A DNA stretch of 64,000 nucleotides from Nannocystaceae bacterium ST9. GTDB taxonomy: Bacteria; Myxococcota_A; Polyangia; Nannocystales; Nannocystaceae. Numbering within the stretch: position 1 is the first letter of the stretch; each line of letters begins with the position of its first letter. The translations under genes were made by a program, and so were the position numbers. The stretch is from the NCBI GenBank assembly GCA_048320885.1, contig JBLWFJ010000001.1, forward strand, positions 5,825,697 through 5,889,696. The letters run 5' to 3'. The notes beneath the pieces were generated by a model. The model was not told the origin of the DNA. It made no database searches and saw nothing but the letters and a program-made list of their open reading frames with translations. Shown in pieces: positions 28,338 through 40,900 of the stretch.

Positions 28338-29033
28338 ATGGCCGCGCAGTCGTCCTGGCACGCTCTCTCCGCGTTCCAAATCTTTGGAGACCACGTCCCG
28401 ATGGACGGCTTCGCGCTGGTCGTCCGCTTGCTGGTCGATCGCGAGGCGGCCGAGCTCGCGCTCGGGGCTCGCGCGCTGTCCCAGCCGCCGCTCGATCCGG
28501 CCTTGGCGGTCTCGACCGTGCGCGCCGGCTTGGGCCTGATCCAGTCGGGCATGATCTCGTTCGTCTACGCCAACCCCGACGAGTGCGTGGCCCTGCTTCG
28601 CCGCGACGTGATCGCCGAGGTCGGGCAGTCGCTGACCGTCCACGATCACCTGGTCTCGGAGTTCGCCGGTCGGCTGGCCCTGCTCGCCGGTCGCCCGCTG
28701 CCGGTCGCCGGCCAGATCTACGAGTTCCCCGACATCGGGGTGGTTCGCAAGGCGCTGCGGACCTGCGTCGAGGAGTTCGAGCAGTCGACCCCGCTGCGCT
28801 CGGCCACCCGACTGGGTGCCCAGCTGCGCGGGCGCGGCCAGCCCTTCCACGCGTCGATGATCGAGACGCTCGAAGAGCAGACCCACCTGCTGCAACAAGC
28901 GGGCATCGACATGGACACGCTGCCCTCCTGGTGGTGGCGCGGCGTCGCGGCCCGGATGCCCACCGTCGGCACCGGCATCGAGCTGTGGTCCGAGTTGCCG
29001 GCGACCGAAGCGTTGCTGGGCTTGATCGCGTGA
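28338..29033 (+). CDS. Hypothetical protein (231 aa), first gene upstream of hemW-hrcA-grpE-dnaK-dnaJ
   Basis: ATG 28338, in frame with the tail of track ORF 27633..29033. No confident domain. Its stop overlaps the hemW GTG (GTGA). Confidence 0.45.
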   Translation: MAAQSSWHALSAFQIFGDHVPMDGFALVVRLLVDREAAELALGARALSQPPLDPALAVSTVRAGLGLIQSGMISFVYANPDECVALLRRDVIAEVGQSLTVHDHLVSEFAGRLALLAGRPLPVAGQIYEFPDIGVVRKALRTCVEEFEQSTPLRSATRLGAQLRGRGQPFHASMIETLEEQTHLLQQAGIDMDTLPSWWWRGVAARMPTVGTGIELWSELPATEALLGLIA

Positions 29034-30220
29034 GCGTGAGCGCGGGCGGGGAGCCGGCCGGGCTCTACGTCCACGTACCTTTCTGCGCGCGCGCGTGCCC
29101 CTACTGCGACTTCGACTTCGAGGTCGCCGGCAGTCGGCTCGCGCCCGCGCTCGAGCGCTGGCAAGCCGGGCTCGCGCGCGAGTTCGAAGCTCGGCGAGGC
29201 CACTTCGAGGGCCGCGAGTTCGACTCGCTCTACCTGGGCGGTGGCACGCCCAGCGCGATCGGTCCGGCGGCGCTCGAGCGGGTGATCGCCTGGCTGCGAT
29301 CGCAGGTGATCGGCGAGCATGCAGCGCTGCGCGAGCTGACGGTCGAGCTCAACCCCGAGCATGTCGACGACGCGCTGGTCGAGGCGCTCGTGCGCGTGGG
29401 GGTCGATCGCGTGTCGCTCGGGATCCAGAGTCTGGCCGGCGCGGGCCTCCAGCAGCTCGGCCGCGCCCACTCGGCGAGCCAGGCCCTGCACGCGCTCGAG
29501 CGAACGATCGCCGCCGGCCTACGAACCAGCGCCGATCTGATCGTCGGCTGGCCCGGCCACCGCGAGGACGATCTGCTCGCCGACCTCGATCGCCTGGTCG
29601 ACGCGGGCGTCGAGCACCTGTCGATCTACGCGCTGACGATCGAGGCCGACACGCCCTGGCACAAGCTCGTGCGCCGCGGCCTGCGAGTCCTGCCCGACGA
29701 CGACGCGCAGGCGCCCCTGTTGATCGCGGCCGAGCGGCGGCTCGGCGAGCGGGGCTTCGTCCACTACGAGGTCGCCAGCCACGCTCGCCCCGGGCGCGAG
29801 GCCTGGCACAACGGCAAGTACTGGCGCTCGGTCGACGTGCTCGCGCTCGGACCTTCGGGCGCCTCGGTCGAGCTGGTCGCGAGCGACCGGGGCCTCGAGG
29901 TCCAGCGTCGTCGCAACCGTCGCGGGCTCGAGCGCTGGCTGGCCGATCCCGGCGAGCCCGAAGAGCCGATCGATCGCCTGGCGGGCGAGGTCGCCGCGGG
30001 CGAGGCACTCTGGCTGGCCCTGCGGCGTCTCGACGGGCTCGCGGTCGAGCCGTGGCTGGCTCGCTTCGGGGTCGGTTTCGGGGTCGACCGCGGCTGGCTG
30101 CGCGCCCGAACCGACAAGCAGGTCCGGCTCGGCAACCTCGAGTGGGTCGGCGCCGCGCTGCTGCGGGTCGCTCCCGGCCGCTGGCTCTGGCACGACGACA
30201 TCGCTGCCGATCTTCTGTGA
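29030..30220 (+). CDS. hemW: Radical SAM heme chaperone HemW (HemN-like, oxygen-independent coproporphyrinogen-III oxidase-like)
   Basis: GTG 29030, in frame with the tail of track ORF 28583..30220. GLYVHVPFCARACPYCDF radical-SAM CxxxCxxC motif, LGGGTPS, HemN C-terminal domain. The hemW-hrcA-grpE-dnaK-dnaJ gene order is conserved in many bacteria. Confidence 0.8.
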   Translation: MSVSAGGEPAGLYVHVPFCARACPYCDFDFEVAGSRLAPALERWQAGLAREFEARRGHFEGREFDSLYLGGGTPSAIGPAALERVIAWLRSQVIGEHAALRELTVELNPEHVDDALVEALVRVGVDRVSLGIQSLAGAGLQQLGRAHSASQALHALERTIAAGLRTSADLIVGWPGHREDDLLADLDRLVDAGVEHLSIYALTIEADTPWHKLVRRGLRVLPDDDAQAPLLIAAERRLGERGFVHYEVASHARPGREAWHNGKYWRSVDVLALGPSGASVELVASDRGLEVQRRRNRRGLERWLADPGEPEEPIDRLAGEVAAGEALWLALRRLDGLAVEPWLARFGVGFGVDRGWLRARTDKQVRLGNLEWVGAALLRVAPGRWLWHDDIAADLL

Positions 30221-30235
30221 GGCGGCCGCGATGCG

Positions 30236-31399
30236 GTGGTAGAAAGTGGCGTGGCCCGAGTCTCGGGGCTTTCTCAGCGGCAGGAGCGCATTTTGATCGG
30301 GCTGTGTCGGCAGCACGCGATCGAAGGCCGACCCGTCGCTTCGGGGACCCTGTGTCGGGCGCTCGGCCTCGACTGCTCGCCGGCCACGATCCGCAGCGAG
30401 CTCGCGGCGCTCGAGCGCTCCGGCTTGGTTCACAAGCCGCACGCCGCGAGCGGGCGGGTGCCGACCAGCGAAGGTTGGCGGATCTACATCGACGCGCTCC
30501 CTCGCCACGCCGCGCGACCCGAGCATCAGCGCCTGCTCGACCTGATCCGCCCGGGCAGCAGCGGCCCCGATCCTCGCCAGGGGCTGCGCTCGACCGCGCG
30601 CGTGCTGTCCGAGCTGGCCGGCTGCGTGGCGATCAACTTCGTCGGCGAGGCCCGCCCCGGCGTGGTTCGAGCGCTCGAGCTGGTGCCCCTGGCCGAGGGT
30701 CGCAGCGGCGGCAAGGACGAAGGCGCGCGCGCGCTCGTGATGCTCGGGCTCGAAGACGGAGCAAGCAGCGTGCGAACGGTCGACATCGATCGCGACGTGC
30801 TCGAGCGCGACCCCCAGCTGCATCGGATCCAGAGCCTGCTGCGCGAGCTGACCTGCGGGCGCAGCCTCGAGCAGGCCCGCGAGCAGCTGCGCGAGTTGCT
30901 CGGCGCGCAGGAGGCCCGCGTCGATCACTACCTCGCCGAGGCCCTGCGGATCGGGCTGCTGCTCTGCGTGGCGTCGTTCGATCCGCTGTGGATGCAGGTC
31001 GCGGGGCAGGGCGCGCTCGCTCGCGACGTCGGGCGCGAAGGAGCGTCGGGTGATCCGACGACCCTGGGCGGGCTGCTCGAGCTGCTCGACGACTACCAGC
31101 GGCTGGCCGAGGTGCTCTGCCAGCTCTTGCCCGAGCCCGACGACGCCCCGCAGGCCGCGGTCCACCTCGATCTGACCGGGACCCGGGCCGAGCTCGCGAG
31201 CGCGCCCGCGTCGGGGTTGCTCGGATCGACCAGCGGCGGGTTGACGCTGGTCGGATGCCGCCTACGTTGGCCGGCGGTGCGCGACCCCAACATGCGGACG
31301 ACCGGCGCCGTGGCGCTGCTCGGCAGCCCGCGGATGGATTGGGAGGCCGTGATTCCTCTGGTAGAGTACGCCGCGCGAGCGATGCTCGCCCGCGGCTGA
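30236..31399 (+). CDS. hrcA: Heat-inducible transcription repressor HrcA
   Basis: N-terminal wHTH (LSQRQERILIGLCRQHAIEGRPVASGTLCRALGLDCSPATIRSELAALERSGLVHKPHAASGRVPTSEGWRIY), length and position upstream of grpE-dnaK-dnaJ. Confidence 0.8.
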   Translation: MVESGVARVSGLSQRQERILIGLCRQHAIEGRPVASGTLCRALGLDCSPATIRSELAALERSGLVHKPHAASGRVPTSEGWRIYIDALPRHAARPEHQRLLDLIRPGSSGPDPRQGLRSTARVLSELAGCVAINFVGEARPGVVRALELVPLAEGRSGGKDEGARALVMLGLEDGASSVRTVDIDRDVLERDPQLHRIQSLLRELTCGRSLEQAREQLRELLGAQEARVDHYLAEALRIGLLLCVASFDPLWMQVAGQGALARDVGREGASGDPTTLGGLLELLDDYQRLAEVLCQLLPEPDDAPQAAVHLDLTGTRAELASAPASGLLGSTSGGLTLVGCRLRWPAVRDPNMRTTGAVALLGSPRMDWEAVIPLVEYAARAMLARG

Positions 31400-31485
31400 G
31401 TCAGCCCGAGTGGGCCCGCCTGGGCCAGCGGTCGCGCGCAGATCGACGATCGATCGGCGAGCAGCATCAGGAGCCCGACGACTTC

Positions 31486-32157
31486 ATGAGCGGAGACCAG
31501 ACCACGAACGACCCCAAGCCCGCCGACGACGTGCTCGCGCAGGCCATGCGCGACGCGGAGCAAGCGGTCGAGCGGGTCCGAGCCGGGCGCGACGGCGAAG
31601 CCGAAGAGTCCGACATCGACATCACCGACGACCCCGACGCGGCCGATCTCGTCGCCGCGCTCGCGGCGGATCTCGCCGCCGCCAAGGCCGACATCGAGGC
31701 CATGCGCGACAAGTGGATGCGCTCGCTGGCCGACCTCGAGAACTTCAAGAAGCGGACCCGCCGAGAGATCGACGAGGCCGTCCATCGGGCGCTCGGCAAC
31801 ATGCTGAGCGACTTCCTGCCGGTCGGCGACAACCTCGAGCGCGCGCTCGCGGCCATGCCGGCCAACACCGAGCCGCAGCTGGCCAAGGGGCTCGAGATGG
31901 TCCGCGGCGAGTTCTTCTCGGCGCTCGGCCGGCACGGGATCAAGCCGATCAACTCGGTCGGCATGGTCTTCGATCCCAACCTCCACGACGCGCTCCAGCA
32001 GGTCGACACCCCCGACTTCGCGCCCGGCGTGGTCGTGATGGAGTACGAGAAGGGCTACCTGCGAGGCGAGCGGCTGCTGCGGGCGGCGCGAGTGATCGTC
32101 GCGGGTCCCGGCTCGACCGGCACGCCGCCCGACTCGAACCCGGGCGAGGCCAACTGA
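31486..32157 (+). CDS. grpE: Nucleotide exchange factor GrpE
   Basis: ATG 31486 ([11 protein letters not shown]), internal to track ORF 31255..32157. ...[19 protein letters not shown]... coiled coil and C-terminal beta domain [23 protein letters not shown]. Confidence 0.85.
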   Translation: MSGDQTTNDPKPADDVLAQAMRDAEQAVERVRAGRDGEAEESDIDITDDPDAADLVAALAADLAAAKADIEAMRDKWMRSLADLENFKKRTRREIDEAVHRALGNMLSDFLPVGDNLERALAAMPANTEPQLAKGLEMVRGEFFSALGRHGIKPINSVGMVFDPNLHDALQQVDTPDFAPGVVVMEYEKGYLRGERLLRAARVIVAGPGSTGTPPDSNPGEAN

Positions 32158-32170
32158 TCGGAGCGCGCTG

Positions 32171-33994
<1,824 letters not shown>

Positions 33995-33996
33995 CC

Positions 33997-35094
33997 ATGG
34001 CTCGCCAGGACTACTACGCGATCCTGGGCGTCGGCCGCGACGCCGACGAGGCCGACATCAAGAAGGCCTATCGGCGCGTCGCGCTCGAGAGCCACCCCGA
34101 TCGCTTCCCCGACGACGAAGACGCCCACGAGCGGTTTCGCCAGGCGTCCGAAGCCTACGAGGTGCTCTCGGATCCCGGCAAGCGGGCCCGCTACGACGCG
34201 ACCCGGCTGATCCCCGAGAGCCTCGATCTCACTCGTCCGCCCGACGCCCAGACCGCCCGCGATCTGTTCGGCAACCTGTTCGGCGACGTGTTCGGCAGCC
34301 GTCGACGCGAGCGGCGACAGGGCCGGGACATTCGCTACACGCTCACCGTCGACCTCGCCGACGTCGTGCTCGGCTCGCAGCACACCATCCACTTCGAGGC
34401 CCGCGGCGCCTGCGAGACCTGCAAGGGCAAGGGCGCCGAGCCGGGTGGGCGCGAGCCGGTCGACTGCCCCAATTGCGAGGGCACCGGCGAGGTCAAGACC
34501 GGCGGGATCTTTAGTCGGCGCAGCCGCTGCGGTCGCTGCGACGGGCTCGGGCTGATCCAACGCGACCCCTGCAAGACCTGCCGCGGCCGCGGGGTGCTCA
34601 AGGCCGAGCGCAGCTTCGACGTTCGCCTGCCGCCGGGCACCGAGGCCGGGACCGAGAAGGTCCTGCGTGGCCAGGGCGAGCCGGGCCGCTTCGACGGTGA
34701 GCCAGGCAACCTGCGGATCACCGTGAACGTCCGCCCGCACCCCTGGCTGACCCGCGATCAGCTCAACTTGGTCGCGAGCGTGCCGATCAGCATCACCCGC
34801 GCGGCGCTGGGCGGAAAGGTCCCGGTCCCGACGATCGATGGTTGGGTCGACATGGAGGTCCCGGCCGGGGTCGCGTCGGGGGCCAAGCTTCGCTTGCGCG
34901 GCAAGGGTGTGCCCGACTCTCGAGGCAGCCGCGGCGACCAGATCGTCGAGCTGAGGATCGAGACCCCCAGCGCGCTCGAAGGCACGCGGACCCGCGAATT
35001 GCTGCTGGAGCTCGAGCGTACGAGCGAGCGCGAGCCGGTCTTGCCCAAGCGCCAGGCCGTCTTGGACGCCCAGGCGGCCGCCAAGAAGGCTTGA
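33997..35094 (+). CDS. dnaJ: Molecular chaperone DnaJ (type I: J domain, G/F region, CxxCxGxG zinc fingers, C-terminal domain)
   Basis: ATG 33997, 2 nt after the dnaK stop. DYYAILGV...HPD (HPD motif); four CxxCxG repeats ([32 protein letters not shown]). Confidence 0.9.
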   Translation: MARQDYYAILGVGRDADEADIKKAYRRVALESHPDRFPDDEDAHERFRQASEAYEVLSDPGKRARYDATRLIPESLDLTRPPDAQTARDLFGNLFGDVFGSRRRERRQGRDIRYTLTVDLADVVLGSQHTIHFEARGACETCKGKGAEPGGREPVDCPNCEGTGEVKTGGIFSRRSRCGRCDGLGLIQRDPCKTCRGRGVLKAERSFDVRLPPGTEAGTEKVLRGQGEPGRFDGEPGNLRITVNVRPHPWLTRDQLNLVASVPISITRAALGGKVPVPTIDGWVDMEVPAGVASGAKLRLRGKGVPDSRGSRGDQIVELRIETPSALEGTRTRELLLELERTSEREPVLPKRQAVLDAQAAAKKA

Positions 35095-35173
35095 TGGGGC
35101 TCAGATTCTTCGACGAGGGTGGCGCCGACGCGGTAGAGTGACCTTCGTCGCGACCGCCTCGAGCGAACGGTCC

Positions 35174-35848
35174 ATGGTCTACATCGACATCCAGCACCGC
35201 GAGGTCACGCTCAAGCTCGTCTACTACGGCCCGGCGCTCAGCGGGAAGACGACCAACCTCCAACAGCTGCACAAGCTGATGGCCGACCACACCGGGTCCG
35301 AGCTGATCACGCTCGACACTCGCGACGACCGCACGCTCTTCTTCGATCTGCTGCCGCTCAATTTCCAGACCGAGGGCGGGTTCACGATCCGGCTCGAGCT
35401 GTTCACGGTCCCCGGCCAGGTCATCCACAACACGACCCGCAAGATCGTGCTGCAAGGCGCCGACGGAGTCGCGTTCATCGCCGACTCGCGGGTCTCGCAG
35501 ACGCGCGGCAACAACGAGTCGTTCTCCAACCTCAAGCAGAACCTGCGCGAGAACGGGCTCGACTACGAGGACATCGCGCTGGTCATCCAGTTCAACAAGC
35601 GCGACCTCGAAGGCATCCGCAGCGAGGCCGAGGTCGACAAGATCGCCCGCAAGGGTCGCGAGCCGGTGTTCAAGGCGGTCGCGATCGAGGGCCAGGGCGT
35701 GGTCGAGACCTTCCGCGGGCTGGCGGCGCTCAGCTGGCGGCGACTCGAGGGCAAGTTCAATTTCGCCGAGCGCTTCGGGGTCCGCCACGAGGACTTCATG
35801 GCCCAGATCGACTCGCTGTTCGGGCCGAGTCGGGGAGGGGCGACATGA
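35174..35848 (+). CDS. MglA-family Ras-like small GTPase
   Basis: LKLVYYGPALSGKTTNLQ (P-loop), RTLFFDLLPL (switch), LFTVPGQV, LVIQFNKRDL (NKxD) track M. xanthus MglA along its length. An alternative upstream start lies at 35138. Its stop overlaps the next gene's start (ATGA at 35845). Confidence 0.8.
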   Translation: MVYIDIQHREVTLKLVYYGPALSGKTTNLQQLHKLMADHTGSELITLDTRDDRTLFFDLLPLNFQTEGGFTIRLELFTVPGQVIHNTTRKIVLQGADGVAFIADSRVSQTRGNNESFSNLKQNLRENGLDYEDIALVIQFNKRDLEGIRSEAEVDKIARKGREPVFKAVAIEGQGVVETFRGLAALSWRRLEGKFNFAERFGVRHEDFMAQIDSLFGPSRGGAT

Positions 35849-37119
35849 CGGCGCCGGCCGCCAACGCCAGCGCGCCCGATCGCCGGCCGCCGCTCGAGCG
35901 GCTGCTGCGGCGCGACGACTTCACCCGCACGCTCACGCCCTTCGTGCACGGCGTGTTCGGGGACATCGACGCGGTCGCGCTCTTCGATCACGGCGGCGTG
36001 GTGTTCTGTCATGTCGGCGACGAGGGCCCGATGGCCCACTGGGATCAGCTCCCGCCCGAGGCCCACGCGGTGTTCCGCGGCAGCGAGCGCGGGTTCGGGC
36101 TCGGCGATCACCAGTTCGCGGTCCGGGCCTGCTTCGCGGGCGCCGATCGAGTCGGCACGGCCGTGTTCTCGCTGCCCGCGGCCAGCCCCGACTGCCCGCG
36201 CCTGGCCGCGATCGCCGACGGCCTGGTCGGCGTGATCGGGGCGCTCTTGCAGGCCGGGTTCGCGACCTGGGTGACCTCGGAGATGCACCTCGCGGCCAGC
36301 GAGAGCAACTTCCGCGCGCTCCAGCAGCGCAACGCCGAGCTCGAGCGGGCGATCGCCCACCTGCGCGAGGTCGATCAGCTCAAGAGCAACTTCCTGGCCA
36401 CGGTCAGCCACGAGCTGCGCACGCCGTTGACCAGCATCATCGGCTTCTCCGAGATGCTCGCGCGCGGCATCGCCGGCCCGCTCAACGAAGAGCAGACCGA
36501 GTACGCCAACACCATCCTCGAGCGCGGCGAAGAGCTGCTCCGGCTGATCACCCAGATCCTCGAGATGTCGAAGATGGAGATGGGCACGATGCGGCTGAAC
36601 CTCGCGCCGGTCGCCCTGAGCGAGATCGTCGAGCGGGCGTTCAGCGCGGCCTCGATCCCGGCCGAGCGCGCGCACGTGTACCTCCGCCACGATCTCGAGC
36701 CCGAGCTCGCGCGGGTGCTCTGCGACGCCGACAAGATCCAGCAGGTCCTGGTCAACCTGATCTCCAACGCGATCAAGTTCAACCGCCCGCAGGGCCACGT
36801 GCTGATCCAGGCCGAGCGCGCGCCGATCCGCCGGCCCTTCGACGAGGACTTCTTCGGCGAGGAGACCTCCGACGCCCTGCGGATCTCGGTCACCGACACC
36901 GGGATCGGCATCCCCGAAGATCAGCTCGTGCGCATCTTCGACGCCTTCTATCAGGTCGACGCCAGCTCGACCCGCGAGCACGGCGGGGCCGGGCTCGGGC
37001 TCTCGATCGTCCGCAAGCTGATCGAGGCCCACGGCGGCGAAGTCTGGGCCGAGAGCATGGTCGGGGTCGGCACGACCTTCCACTTCACGCTCCCGGTCGC
37101 CGAGGCGATGGAAGAGTAG
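35845..37119 (+). CDS. Sensor histidine kinase with N-terminal Roadblock/LC7 (MglB-like)-type domain, HisKA and HATPase_c
   Basis: HisKA H-box FLATVSHELRTPLTSIIGFSEML. N, G1 (DTGIGI) and G2 (GGAGLGLSIV) boxes. N-terminal ~140 aa (...TLTPFVHGVFGDIDAVALFDHGGVVFCHVGDEG...AAIADGLVGVIGALL...) has the alternating pattern of Roadblock/LC7 domains. No TM segment. Confidence 0.7.
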   Translation: MTAPAANASAPDRRPPLERLLRRDDFTRTLTPFVHGVFGDIDAVALFDHGGVVFCHVGDEGPMAHWDQLPPEAHAVFRGSERGFGLGDHQFAVRACFAGADRVGTAVFSLPAASPDCPRLAAIADGLVGVIGALLQAGFATWVTSEMHLAASESNFRALQQRNAELERAIAHLREVDQLKSNFLATVSHELRTPLTSIIGFSEMLARGIAGPLNEEQTEYANTILERGEELLRLITQILEMSKMEMGTMRLNLAPVALSEIVERAFSAASIPAERAHVYLRHDLEPELARVLCDADKIQQVLVNLISNAIKFNRPQGHVLIQAERAPIRRPFDEDFFGEETSDALRISVTDTGIGIPEDQLVRIFDAFYQVDASSTREHGGAGLGLSIVRKLIEAHGGEVWAESMVGVGTTFHFTLPVAEAMEE

Positions 37120-37252
37120 ATCGTCCTCGAGATCCTCGCGGGATCTGCCGAGAATCGCTTCGATCGTGATCGATGTTCGCGGATCGACCCGCAACTTGGC
37201 CTTGGCGCGATCGATCGTTTGGGGCAAGCTCCGCGCGTCCGAGATCGATCGC

Positions 37253-37504
37253 ATGAACCCGCAAGAGCAACTGTCCGAGCTCGAGAAACTGGCTGGCGAA
37301 CTCGAGGTCGAGATCTGCTACGAACCGATGGCGGGGCTGGTCCAGGGCGTGGGCGGCTTGTGCCGGGTCAAGGGCCAGTACCGGATCATCGTCGACCGCA
37401 AGCTCAAGGCGCCCGAGCGCCTGCAGGTGGTCGCCGACGCCCTGCGCCGCTTCGATACCGAGAGCCACTTCGTCTCGCCGCAGGTCCGCAAGCTGCTCGC
37501 GTAG
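37253..37504 (+). CDS. Small hypothetical protein (83 aa from MNPQEQLSELEK; alternative start 37166)
   Basis: Open frame with plausible composition between the kinase gene and the next STPK. No domain recognised. Confidence 0.35.
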   Translation: MNPQEQLSELEKLAGELEVEICYEPMAGLVQGVGGLCRVKGQYRIIVDRKLKAPERLQVVADALRRFDTESHFVSPQVRKLLA

Positions 37505-37521
37505 CGCGAGCGCGTGCGAGC

Positions 37522-37833
37522 TCAGGCGCGCGCGAGCAGGCGCGCGAGGGTCGGATCGTCGGCGAGCAGCTCCCGCAACTGCGCCGTGAGTCGTGCGATC
37601 GATTCGGCGCTGGCCGTGGCCGGTAGCTGCTCGGCGACGACCTCGGCCAGCAACAATTCCTGGGCGGCGACCGAGTCGATGCGGCCGGCCGCGAGCGCCT
37701 CGGCGATCGCCGTGTCGCCGTGGATCGCCGCGCTCGGGCTCGCTGCGGCGCTGGCCGAAGCCGCGTCGACAGCCTCGGAGCCGGTCAGCGCGGCCGTCGG
37801 AAGGCTCGGATCGATGTCGTCGGTTCCGCTCAT
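37522..37833 (-). CDS. Small hypothetical Ala-rich protein (103 aa)
   Basis: ATG at 37833 (MSGTDDIDPSLPTAALTGSEAVDAASA...LLARA), internal to track ORF 37522..37986. Helical, low complexity. Convergent with the preceding gene. Confidence 0.35.
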   Translation of the reverse strand: MSGTDDIDPSLPTAALTGSEAVDAASASAAASPSAAIHGDTAIAEALAAGRIDSVAAQELLLAEVVAEQLPATASAESIARLTAQLRELLADDPTLARLLARA

Positions 37834-37947
37834 GGACCTGCACGCGAATCGCCACGAACCGGAGTTCGCGCCCAGCCGGTGGCCCCGCGAGCATAGCCCA
37901 CTGGGCAGGAGAGCAGGGTCGCTTCGACACACGCGATTTCGGCTTCG

Positions 37948-40900
37948 TTGGAACGTCGACCTTTGGTTGACTTTCGACGCTGCCACGGGTGTGATCGAGC
38001 ACCCCTCGCGCGCCGATTTGCGCGCCTTCCGCTGGAGCGCTCCTTGTTGGACCTTCCCAAGAAACTCGCCCAGTATCAGATCCTCGAACGCATCGCTCTA
38101 GGAGGGATGGCCGAGGTCTACAAGGCCGTCGCTCGTGGCGTCGAGGGGTTCGAGAAGGTCGTCGCGATCAAGCGAATCCTCCCGCACGTCGCCGAGGACG
38201 ACGAGTTCATCACGATGTTCAAGGACGAAGCGCGCATTGCGGCGCAGCTTCAGCACTCGAACATCGCCCAGATCTACGAGCTGCGATCGGAGGGCGAGGC
38301 CTTCTACATCGTGCTCGAGTACGTCGCCGGCAAGGACCTGCGCGCCATCTTCGAACACGCCCGCAACATCCGGCGGCCGATGCCGCTGGCCCAGGCCTGC
38401 TTCGTGATCATGGCGGTCTGCGAGGGCCTCGAGTACGCCCACAACAAGAAGGACCGGCACGGTCGCCCGCTCGGGTTGATCCACCGCGACGTCAGCCCGC
38501 CCAACGTGCTCGTCTCGTTCGAGGGCGAGGTCAAGCTGATCGACTTCGGCGTGGCCAAGGCGGCCGGGCGTGCGTCGCAGACCCAGGCCGGCATTCTCAA
38601 GGGCAAGTTCGGCTACATGTCGCCTGAGCAGGTCCGCGGCGAGACGATCGATCGTCGCAGCGACGTGTTCTCGCTCGGCGCGGTGCTCTGGGAGATCCTC
38701 TGCAACCAGCGGCTCTTTCAGGCCGAGACCGACTTCGCCACGCTCGAGAAGGTCCGCACGGTCAACATCGATCCGCCCAGTCGGATCAACCCGGCGGTGC
38801 CGAGCAAGCTCGAGCAGATCGTCATGCGATCGCTGGCGGCCGATCTCGATCACCGCTACCAGACCGCCGCCGAACTGCACGACGCGCTGCAGGCCTTCAT
38901 GTTCGAGGAGGGTCTGTTCTACAGCCGAAAGAACCTCGCCGAGTGGATGCAAGACCACTTCGCGAAGGACATCGAAGCGGAGAAGGAGAAGGCCCGGCAG
39001 CTCCCCCCGGCCCCTCCGCCTTCGTCGAAACCCAACCCGAAGAACACCATGATGAACCCGGGAAGCCGTCCGCCTCCGCCACCAGCCGGTGGCGCCAAGA
39101 AGCCGCCGCCGCCTCCGACCGCCGCGCCTCCGAAGCCGACGCCGCCCGCACCTTCGGGTGGACCGCCCCGCCAGTCTTCGGTGCCGACGGAGTCCCATCA
39201 GGCCTTGCCGCCGGACGACAAGCGAGGGCCGCCCAAGCCCGGTCGCGCACGCGCGAAGACCATGGTGATGACGAGTTCGAAGGCCGACATCCCCGGCGTC
39301 GGCAAGAAGCCGGCCCCCGGTGGACCGCGGCCCAAGCCGCCCGGCGCGGGCGGTGGCGGTGGTGGCAACTCGGAGTTCGACTGGGACGACGACGAGCTCG
39401 AGACTCGGCTCTTCGAGGGCCAAGAAGGGGACGCGCTCGCGGCCACGCCCGCGCCGGCTCCCTCGGCCGGAGCGCCTCGCCCGGCGCCGATCACCACGCC
39501 GCCGGCCTCGGCTCCCGCGGCCATGCCCGCAGGGCCGCCCGTCGGCGGCGGGCCGCGACCGGGTGGCTTGCCTGCGCCCGGTGGGCTGCCGGCACCCGGC
39601 GGCGCGCCGCGACCCGGCATGCCGATGCCCGGCGGCGCGGGTCCGACCGGCACCATGCCTCCCAACATGGTCAGCGCCGCGGCGGTCCAGGCCGCGATGC
39701 ATCAGCAGCATCAGCAGCCGATGCACCAGCAGCAGCCGATGCATCAGCAGCAGCCGATGCACCAGCAGCAGCCGATGCATCAGCAGCCGATGCATCAGCA
39801 GCAGCCGATGCACCAGCAGCAGCCGATGCACCAGCAGCAGCCGATGCATCAGCAGCAGCCGATGCACCAGCAACAGCCGATGCACCAACAGCCGATGCAT
39901 CAGCCGCCGATGCATCAGCAGCAGCCGATGCACGCGATGGGGCAGGGCATGCCGCAACAAGGCATGCATGCCCCGATGATGAATCAGGGCATGAACCAAG
40001 GCATGCACCAGGTCGCGTCCGCGACCTACGAGCCCGATCCGCCCAAGCGCGCGCCGATCGGGCTGATCCTCGGGCTCGTCGGTCTGCTGATCGCCGCGCT
40101 CGCGGTCGGCGTGTACGTCGTGTTCGTGATGCCGGGCGGCGACGACAAGGCCGCGTCGGCCGGTGACGAGGGTGGCGCGGAGGTGGCCAAGGCCGGCGAG
40201 ACCGGCGGCCTCACGCTCGAGCTCGTCCCGCCCGACGCGGTGGTCAAGCTCGACGGCAAGCTGATCGAAGGCAGCGGCTCGCCGCGAACGATCGCCGATC
40301 TCGCCGCGGGCAAGCACCAGCTCGAGATCAGCAAGGACGGCGCCTTCCTGGCGTTCAGCCAGGAGATCACGATCGCCGCGGGTCAGCCTCTGGCGCTCCC
40401 GGCCGTCAAGCTGCACGCCAAGGACGTCGCGCTGACGATCAAGGTCAGCCCCAAGCAAGCCGCGGTCGCGCTGATCGCCGGCACACCGGACAAGACCACG
40501 GCGATCGGGGCGGGCCTCGACTCGCACCTCGCCCAGGTCGCGCGCGAGGCCGGGGTCGCCTACTCGATCTCGGCCAGCGCCGAGGGCTTCGAGCCGCAGA
40601 CCCTGCCGATCACGTTCACGGGCGACGCCACCCAGGAGATCAGCGTCACGCTGGTCGCCAAGGCCGGTGGCACGGTCGCGGTCGGACCCGATCCGATCCC
40701 GACCAACCCGATCCCGACCAACCCGACCGAACCGATCAAGGAGCCCGAGGTCAAGAAGCCCAAGGACAAGAAGCCGTCCAACAAGCCGAAGAACTCCGAG
40801 CTCAAGATCGGCGTGGCCCCGGGCATGCCGCCGGCCGACGTCTACGTCGACGGTCGCAAGCAGGACAAGAAGACCCCCGTGTTCGTGAAGGTCACCGAGG

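Noticed and set aside
28338-29033. Possible Thg1-like tRNA-His guanylyltransferase, considered because tRNA-His lies ~4 kb away and myxobacteria have Thg1-like proteins
   Set aside because: Only a faint resemblance (FALVVRLL versus VVRIDG, PDEC versus SDEY) with the first catalytic Asp missing. tRNA-His here already encodes G-1. Left as hypothetical.
30150-31500. CIRCE operator upstream of hrcA/grpE
   Set aside because: No TTAGCACTC-N9-GAGTGCTAA-like inverted repeat found by eye; not annotated.
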